A stretch of 64,000 nt of DNA from the human T2T-CHM13v2.0 reference genome, Homo sapiens: the NCBI RefSeq assembly GCF_009914755.1, contig NC_060929.1; one strand, given 5' to 3'. The translations under genes and the position numbers were made by a program. Position 1 is the first letter of the stretch. Each line of letters opens with the position of its first letter. Below the pieces are notes generated by a model. That model worked only from the letters and a program-made list of their open reading frames with translations, was not told where the DNA came from and made no database searches. Positions 55,473 to 64,000 of this stretch are shown here, piece after piece.

Positions 55473-55807
55473 AACTCACCATTCACCCGGCCCCTCCCAT
55501 CCCTCCTGGTCCTGCACTCTTAAAGCCGAAACACTGGGCTCACCTTTCACATTTCCCTCAAGCTTAGGCCAGGGTGTTTCTTTCCTTTTCTCATCTGGAA
55601 TTACCTGTTGGGCACACTCTTCTCCCTCATTTTCTGTCTGGCAAACATCCCCTTATTGTTCATGAGGCAGCTGATATTATCTCCCCTTTAAAGTCTCTGC
55701 TTAAGTCCTACCACAGCCCAGATAGAGCTATTTCTCCTTTCTGTCCCTTCATTGTACAGGCTAAAAACTTCTTCCTTCCTTTCTCTCTCTTTCTTTCTTT
55801 CTCTTTC

Positions 55808-57536
55808 TGCAGAGCTAGCTGAGGTTTTATTTTGGACCATAAAAAAAAAAAAGCAATTGAATTGTTTTGTAGCTGGAGACATGGGCATGGGGGATCCCCA
55901 GGCAGGAAACTCCCCTGAAGGTGGGCTGAGGGCTAGGGCTGAGCCTCAGGTGGGTCTCCCATTCCCTGTGCTCCCCTGCACAGCCGCCTCCCTCGCGTGC
56001 TCTGGGGCAGCCGCAGGACGGACAGGCTGGGAGGGGCTGCCGCCTCCGCTGTTCACTTGAGCAGGACGTCAGAGGACTCGGACACCAGCTTCCCATCGTG
56101 GGTCTCAATCTTCTTCACAATCATGGCCCTGATGGAGCAGGTGCGGCTGAAAGCGCAGGAGCCCGCACCAGAGCCAAAACTGGAGCCCAGGCCGTAGCTG
56201 AGGCCGGGGCTTGTGAGGCCCCCATAGGTCGAGCTCAGACCACCTGCATAGCCGCTGGTGGTCTTCGTACGGATACTCATGTTCTGCATCCCAGACTCCA
56301 GCCGGCTCTCCTCGCCCTCCAGCAGCTGTAGGTGGCGATCTCGATGTCCAGGGCAGCTTGACGTTCATCAGCTCCTGGTACTCACGCAGCTGCCGCCCAT
56401 GTCCTGCTTGGTCCACTGCAGGGCGGCCTCCAGCTCAGACAGCTTGGCGTTGGCATCCTTATCGGCCAGCTCCCCACGCTACTCGGCATCTCTGATGGCG
56501 GCCTCCAGGGAAGCCCTCTGGCCTTTGAGGCCCTCAGTCTCAGCCTGGAGCCGGCTTATGTTCCAGTTCATCTGGGAGATCTCAGTCTTTGTATGCCGCA
56601 GGTCATCCCCGTGCTTCCCAGACAGCGTCTGGAGCTCCTCATACTTGATCTGGTACATGCTCTCAACCTCAGCCCAGCTGCGGTTGGCGATCTCCTAGTA
56701 CTGCGCCTTGACCTCAGCGATGACACTATGTCCAGGGAGCGGCTGTTGTCCATGGACAGCACCACAGACGTGTCCGAGATCTGGGACTGCAGCTCCTGGA
56801 TCTCCTCTTCATACAGCTGCCTGAGGAAGTTGATCTCCTCAGTCAGCCCTTCCAGAAGAGACTCCAGCTCTACCTTGTCATGTAAGCTTTATCCACATCC
56901 TTCTTGATGAGGAAAAATTCATTCTCCATCCCTGTACGCTTATTGATCTCATCCTCATACTTGTTCTTGAAGTCCTCCAGCAGCCCCTGCATGTTGCCAA
57001 GTTCCGCCTCCAGCTTCAGCTTCTCCTGGCCCAGAGTTTCCAGCTGCCACCTAAAGTTGTTCATTGATGTAGCTCTCAAACATGTTGTCCATGTTGCTCC
57101 GAGCCATCTTCTCCTGCTGCAGGAGGCTCCAGTTGGTCTCCAGCATCTTGTTCTGCTGCTCCAGGAACTGTACCTTGTCTATGAAGGAGGCAAACTTGTT
57201 GTTGAGTGTCTTGATCTGGTTCTTCTCCTGGGTGTGGTCTCCTGGATGCTGGAGTCCATCTCCAGTTAAGGGAGTTCAGCAGGCTCTGGTTGACCGTGAC
57301 AGCGGTGATGCCTTCCATGCCACTGGCCCCATTAAAGCCTCTGCCCAGGCCACCCCGGAAGCTGCTGCTGCCCACTTAAGAGAAGCTCGAGGAGTTGATG
57401 CGGGCACCGGGCCCACATGGTGGACACCTTGTAGGACTTCTGGGTCATCCTGATGGACATGGTGGAGGCAGGAGTGGAGGCAGGTGGCCTGAACCAGGCA
57501 GAGATTCCAGAAGGAGAGGACAAGCTGCTTCTTGGT
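55808..57536 (-). pseudogene. KRT8P31: Processed keratin 8 pseudogene (probably KRT8P31; locus number from recall)
   Basis: Intronless. 5'UTR; ATG at 57460 (MSIRMTQKSYKVST); rod fragments ([34 protein letters not shown]); tail ...KIETHDGKLVSESSDVLLK* ending 56053; 3'UTR with AATAAA. Many stops and frameshifts. Confidence 0.93.
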
Positions 57537-58685
57537 ATTTATTTATTTATATTTTAAATTCAAGGGAACATGTGCAGGTTTGTTATACAGGTAAACTTGT
57601 GCCACGGGGGTGTGTTGCATAGACTGTTTCATCACTCAGGTATTAAGCCTAGACCCTTTCATTATTTTTCCTGATCCTCTCCCTTCTCCCAGACTTCAGC
57701 CTTAGACCCCAGTGTCTGTTGTTCCCTCTATATGTCCATGTGTTCTCATCATTTAGCTTTCACTTATAAGTGAGAACATATGTTGTTTGCTAAGGATAAT
57801 AGCCTCCAGCTCCATCCAGGTTCCTGCAAAGGGCATGATCTTGTTCTTTGTTATGGCTGCATGTATTCCATGGCGTTATCTGTGCCACACTTTCCTTATT
57901 CAGTCTACCATTGGTGGGCATTTAGGTTGATTCCATGTCTTTACTACTGTGAATAGTGCTGGAGTGAACATACGTGTGCACGTGTCTTTATGATAGAATG
58001 ATTTATATTTCTTTCAGTATATACCCTGTAAAGGGATTGCTGGATCAAATGGTAGTTCTGTTTTTAGCTCTTTGAGGAATCACCACATAGCTTTCTACAG
58101 TGGTTGAACTAATTTACACTCCCACCAACAGTGTATAAGCATTCTTTTTCTCTGCAACCTTGCCAGCATCTGTTTTATTTCTTGACTTTTTAATAATAGT
58201 CATCTGACTGGTGTGACATGAAATCTCACTGTGATTTTGATTTATATTTCTCTAATGATCAGTGATGTTGAGCTTTTTTTCATGTGCTTTCTGGCTTCAT
58301 GTATGTCTTCTTCTGAAAAGTGTTCATGTCCTTTGCCCACTTTTTAATGTTTTTTTTCTTATAAATTTGTTTAAGTTCCTTATAGATGCTAGATATCAGA
58401 CCTTTGTTAGATGCATAGTTTCTAAAAATTTTCTCTCATTCTATAAACTGTCTATTTATGTTCTTGATAGTTTCTTTTGCTGTACAGAAGCTCTTTAATT
58501 ATATCCCATTTGTCAATTTTTGCTTTTGTTGCAATTGCGTTTGGCATCTTTGTCACGAAATCTTTGCCTGTTCCCATGTCCAGAATGGTATTACGTAGGT
58601 TGTCCTTCAGGGTTTTTATAGTTTGGGGGTATACATTTTAGTCTTTAGTCCATCGTATGTGGTATAAGGAAAAGGTCCAGTTTCT
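57537..58685 (-). mobile_element. Older L1PA 3' end abutting the KRT8 pseudogene 5' end
   Basis: (attt)n tail, then acatgtgcaggtttgttat... in L1 antisense. Confidence 0.9.
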
Positions 58686-58686
58686 A

Positions 58687-58889
58687 CTGTCTCTACTAAA
58701 AATACAAAAATTAGCCAGGTATGATGGCAGGTGTCTATAATCCCAGCTACTCAGGAGGCTAAGGCAGGAGAATTGCTTGTACCCGGAAGGCAGAGGTTGC
58801 TGTGAGCTGAGATTGCGCCTCTGTACTCCAGCCTGGATGACAGAGCGATACTCCGTCTCAAAACAAACAAACAAGCAAACAAACAAAAA
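58687..58889 (+). mobile_element. Alu right arm with (AAAC)n tail
   Basis: Starts at ctgtctctactaaaaataca. Confidence 0.9.
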
Positions 58890-58989
58890 CTATTTGTTTA
58901 ACAGCAGAATATCTGACTTGACTTGTTTGCATGTTTGTTGCCCTCTATCCAAGCGAAAATCTCTGTGGGGATTGGTATTATTTGACTTC

Positions 58990-59890
58990 ATTTTTATATT
59001 CTAGCACAGCAGTTGGCATATAGTAGGAGTTTAACAAATTGTTGAATGATTGACTAAACCACTAAAGAGTGAGCAGAGGAAGAGAATTTATAACAATAGC
59101 ACATACTTATTCAGTGCTTCGTTCATTCATTCATTCATTCAACAACAGTTATTGAACTCCCGTAATATGCCAGCCATTGTTCTAGGCACTTGCAGTGAAC
59201 AAAATAGACAAAATCATCTACCCTTGAAGAGATTACTTTCTCATGAGGAAGACAGTCAATAAATAACATTAATAGTAACTAAATGCATTGTATAGCATGT
59301 TAGAAGGTAATAAGTGCTGTATAGGAAAAAGAAAGATGAGGGTGCAGGCTGCAGTACTGAAAAAGTGAGATTTGAACAAAGGAGGGAATTGAAGGGTTTA
59401 GCCAAGCAGTTATTTTGGGAACAGTCCCTTAGGCAGAGAAAAATAAATGAAGAACCCTAAGATGGAAATGCACTTACAATGGTCCAGTGACCAGCAAGGA
59501 GGCCAGTGTGGCTGGAGCAGAGGGAACAAAGTGGGGATTGGTAGGCGGTGAGGACAGAGAAGCAATGACAGGGTTTTTACGCTCAGTGAAACCAGAAACC
59601 ACTGTAGGGTTCGGAATAAAAGAGTTACATGATCTGATTTATATTAAGAGATGACTTTGGCTGCTATTTGGACAAGAAGTTTTAGGGAAGCAAAGGCAGA
59701 AACAGAGAGTCACACAGGAAGCTATTCCAGGAATCCCGGCATGAGATGATAAGGGCCCAGGATTGGTCAGATTCTGGTTATACTTTGAGAGGAAGCCAGC
59801 AGGATTTCTTGTTGGATTTGGCGTTGAGTGAGACAGAAAGGACCTGAGGATGACTCTGAGGTTTTTAGCCTGAATAACTGGAAGGAAAGC
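58990..59890. mobile_element. L2 fragments
   Basis: cattcattcattcaacaacagttattgaac...; ggaggccagtgtggctggagcag. Confidence 0.8.
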
Positions 59891-59904
59891 ACTGCTCTAA
59901 AAGT

Positions 59905-60095
59905 TTTCCCTGTTTTAACTCATCTAATATCCCACAATAACTGGATAAAGAAGTATTGTTTCCATTTTCAGTTGGGACACTAAGAGACAGAGAAGCTGTC
60001 CAGGTTATAGCGCTAGCAAGAAACAGAGTCAGGATTTGACCAGGCAGGCTGGTTCCAGAGCCTGTGCTCCCAACCAGTGCACCACGCTTCCTCTC
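59905..60095 (-). mobile_element. MIR
   Basis: tttaactcatctaat...ccattttcagttgggacactaagagacagagaag...ggatttgacc. Confidence 0.7.
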
Positions 60096-60134
60096 CATGA
60101 CAGCATCTAGTAGGATGAAAGGCTTTTTATACAG

Positions 60135-60232
60135 GGATAATATAATAATATTATAATCTAGGCAAATATTATTATAATATAATCTAGACTATATTATAAT
60201 CTAGGATAATATTATAATCTAGGAAAAATTAT
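60135..60232. repeat. AT-rich minisatellite, unit about ATATTATAATCTAGG(ATA)
   Basis: tataatctag occurs four times. Confidence 0.8.
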
Positions 60233-60354
60233 TCGGGTCTGAACAAGGAGGGTTGCCACAAGAATAAAAAGAAAGGCATACTTTCATGGGCAAGATAACC
60301 CAAAATGGGCAAAAGACACACTGACCAGAATTTGTGCAACTTTTAAGATAGAAG

Positions 60355-60630
60355 GCACAAGAGGGCTCCTGTCCGTAATCCCAGTGCTTTGAGAGGCTGA
60401 AGTGGGAGAATCGTTTGACGCTAGGCGTTCAAGACCAGCCTGGGCTACATAACAAGATCTCGTCTCTACAAAAGATAAAAAAAATTATCCAGGCATGTTG
60501 CCACTCCGGAAGCTGAGGCAGGAAGATTGCTTGAGCCCAGTAGTGTGAGGTTACTGTGAGCTATGAAGGTGCCACTGTGCTCCAGCTGGGGCAACAGAGG
60601 AAGACCCATCTCTTATAAAAAAAATAAAAG
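60355..60630 (+). mobile_element. AluJ (diverged)
   Basis: gtaatcccagtgctttgagaggctga...ttgagcccagtagtgtgaggttactgtgagc. Confidence 0.85.
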
Positions 60631-61397
60631 GAACACAGTAGCTCCGAGTTTACATCTCCACATTCAAATACTCAGATGCTTATATCATTCTTATTTAAGT
60701 TGTAAGGACTATGTACAGAGTGTCCTTTTGTGTGGCCTGGGCACTTAGAGATACTTACCTCATATCAAGCTTTCTCCCTTTAGTAACCAGAGTACATCCC
60801 AAACTAATTGAATCCTGTAGGTCCTAGAATACAAACAAGGTGCAGCAATGTTTTAATAATGCTGTAGTTTGAATATAGGCAAAAATGTTCATATTTAGAT
60901 TTGAAGAGTGTTATAGTTTGTAACTTTGTTGAGTTATAGGTACATGTGCAGCCTGACCTGATACTGGCTGTCAATAAAAAGTATGAACATGCCCAGCCAG
61001 TGCCAGGAAAGTAAGAGCCCTTTGGCCCTCTCTCTGGGGCAGCCTGGTATAAAAGACATGTTTTGTGTCCTGTTATATTGTGGTTGTATCTGCTAGAAAC
61101 ATCTGGAGGAATTTCTATCTCCACCCCGTCCCCAATCATCATGTATCTTATGCTGCCTGAAACAAAGAGAACCATAACCCTTGCTCTCATTTAATCTAGG
61201 GACCTACCTTAAACTCCACACTCAAATCTGAGTCTATTTCTCTGTGCAAGGGGCCACTTTCTTAGTGAAAAAATAAAACGGCACTTACTTTCACCTACAG
61301 AACTAGTCAATACAAACCAGAACTGTGTGAATTAAAGATAGGCTTTAACTCTTCTAAAGAGAAAAATAAGTATTCCTGTCTATTTTAGGTAATACTT

Positions 61398-61923
61398 TGT
61401 GTGGCAGACTGTATTTTCCAAGTACAATATTTCTCCCATCCTACATGTACTTACGAGGTAGCTTTTACACTCTTCCCATTGAGGGACATGGTCTGTGTCC
61501 TCTCCTCTTGAAAATGGGTGGGCTTTTGTACAGGTGAAGTGATATTCCCTGACTTCTATGGCTAGGTTATAAAAGGCAATACTGCTTCCATTTTGTTCAC
61601 TGGAATGCTTACTCCTGAAGCCTTTGGTCTGACTTCCCTGAGACTGCCATGCTGTGAGGAAGCTCAAAGTAGCCCAAGGGGAAAGACCACACAGAGAGGA
61701 CTTGAGACTACACAGAGATCTCCAGCCATCCCCCACTGCCTCAACCTCCTGGTTCCTGGTTAAGCCACAGTCTGACTGCAATTGCGCCAGGGACCCCAAA
61801 CAATAACCACTCGGCTTCTCAAATCATTGATCCTTCAAAGTGGTAAGAGATGTAGCCTTGATGTAGCTGTAAGTCATCAAATTTAGGGGTGATTTGTTAG
61901 TCAATAATAGACAAACTGTAACA
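61398..61923 (+). mobile_element. MLT1-type LTR
   Basis: tgtggcagactgtattttcc...gccatgctgtgaggaagc...ggggtgatttgttag. Confidence 0.75.
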
Positions 61924-63119
61924 GCTTGAGAAACAACAATACTATTTATATAAAGATAACAAAGGCTATACAAATAGTATACTGATGGAAAAATATATGC
62001 TAAATATATACACTGAATTATAATATATAGACTATATATTTTAAATTATATTAGTGTATCAATCATTTTGAATGAATCTATTATATATAATACATTATAT
62101 ATAACTTATGTGTATATATATTCATCCAGAAGTAATGATTTAATCATTTGCTGATGCCAGGCACAGTGCTGGCCCTAAATAAGAGTGTTCAATCACTTTT
62201 CCATTTAGACACTTGAAGAATTATATGTACTTCTGTGCAAAATAATGGCCCATCATGGTGATGGATTCTCAGTGGGTGAGGTTACATCAGGTGCTTACTC
62301 AAACGTCATCTTACCTTCTTTCTTACTAATAGAATCTAATTTTGTTGGAGATGACAATGTGCCCATCTAGAAAATTAGTTCACAGCTTCTCCTGCAGCCA
62401 GAAATGGCCATGAGGCAGTTTTGACCATTGAGATGTAAGTGGAAGTTGTTGTGTGGGACTCCTGGGAAAGTCCTTTAGAAGGAAACAGACCTAGACTCTA
62501 TTGTATTTGGTACCCAAGAAGGCATACAAAGACATCTTCTTCCCTGGTGGTATATGGTATATGCAGATTTTCTCTGTATCCCTGCCCTTCCCCAGAGTAC
62601 TTAGCTACATGGCATGATGCTTTGGAATGACAGACAATAACTACAGTCTATTACACCCAACTGCTTCCTACAAGAAGGAAATACTGGAAAATGCTGGTGA
62701 CAGGGAGCCTCGGGCTCCATGGAAGGGATTCTTTTCCAGAGGCTCTCATAACCAGGCTGATCATGTTACTCCTCCATCAAACATCTTCAGTGGGTCCTGG
62801 TGAACATTATATTTTGTTTCATCAAAGGTAACTACTTAATTTTAGGATAATATATATTGCAAATCTGTAATACACTTTTCACTTGTCAACAGGTATGCCA
62901 CTTTTGTTTTTATTAAAATTTGATGTAGGCCTGTCTTTTTAAACTGTACTGTAAATTTTTTAAGGGCAGGGACCACATCCAGTACATTTTAAAGTTTCTC
63001 ATGACACTTAGATGCAGTAAGCACCCTCAATACTGACTGACTACCAGTGAAAATCATGTCAATTCTGTCATTTTGGTTCCTAACTTAAATAACATCTATA
63101 CAGAACATTATAATACATA

Positions 63120-63880
63120 CATTGCTTTTTAAAAACTGGACAATTTCAAACATACACAAACGTAGACAGAAGAGTATAATAAACTCTTATTAAGTGAACC
63201 CATTACCCAACTTTAACAATTATCAACACCCCCTTTTCTTTTTACTAGAGTATGTTAAAACGAAATCAGACAACCTATCATTTTACATATACATACTTCA
63301 GTGTATGTATCTCACATATAAGGACTTTAAAATATATACATCTGCAATACAGTAATAATATCTAATATTAATAGTTTGTCTTTTAAAATTTAGTTCATGT
63401 TCAGTTATATCTGATTGTTATAAGAATGTCCTTTTATGATTTGGTTTGTTCAAATCAGGATTCAAATGACATTTGGTTAGTATATCTTAAGTCTTTCATC
63501 TACAAAAGTTGCCTTCTCTGGTTTTCTTTTTTTTTTTTTAATGTCATTTATTTATTGAAGAAACCAGGTCATTTGTTCTATGGAATTTCCTACATTTTGG
63601 ACTTGGCTGATGGTATCCTTTTTGTGTCTTTTAACTCTTATATATTGTATTTCCTGTAACTAGTAGTTTAGATACAGAGGATTTATTAGATTCAAGTTCA
63701 AAAATTTTTTTGCCACGAATACCTCAGAGTATTATAGTGTATTATGAGACAAAACATCTGGTTGTCCCACTTTGAATGATATTAAGATTGATCACTGGGT
63801 TCAGTCATATCAGCACAAGCCATCCCCATCAACCTTTCATCTAATTGTTTTAGCAACCAGTGATCATTAGCTAGTCCCAT
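63120..63880 (-). mobile_element. Old L1M 3' fragment
   Basis: aatttcaaacatacacaaacgtagacagaagagtataat...; related to L1M pieces at ~30985-32320. Confidence 0.65.
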
Positions 63881-64000
63881 TTATTAGAGACAGTGGGGAT
63901 GGCAAAATATTCTTTTTTGTTAATTCTTTCCACTTAAAAAACCTTGCCTACTAACATACCACCAATTTTGAAATTCTGTACAACCTAAACACATAACTCA

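Noticed and set aside
56053-57460. Functional keratin gene
   Set aside because: Intronless, with multiple stops and frameshifts.
62000-64000. 3' end of the neighbouring gene (ELOVL7 in human, from recall)
   Set aside because: No exon sequence is recognisable here; it probably lies just beyond the window.

Overview
Human-type (primate) genomic DNA, recognisable as the 5' end and upstream intergenic region of DEPDC1B (5q12.1 in human, from recall). On the minus strand are DEPDC1B coding exon 1 (14482-14529) and exon 2 (1350-1615), with canonical splice sites and a CpG-island promoter carrying CHR, CCAAT, GC, CRE and ETS motifs. Upstream (15-64 kb) is a dense, multiply nested transposon field: Alus, a degraded full-length L1PA, an internally deleted L1PA, L1PB/L1M, L2, MIR, MaLR/ERVL/ERV1 solo LTRs, MER5 and Tigger. 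It also holds a processed KRT8 pseudogene (~55808-57536, minus). Almost all other ORFs in the track are repeat-derived. I found no convincing new gene system. The most unusual observations are a tailless tRNA-Gln retrocopy with a possible 5' leader and a TSD, a CpG-decayed 129-bp copy of the DEPDC1B promoter flank, an L1 with an in-frame ORF2 deletion and a short 3' transduction, and a pair of mutually exclusive perfect hairpins in intron 1. Repeat subfamily names come from recalled consensus sequences; boundaries without TSDs are approximate.
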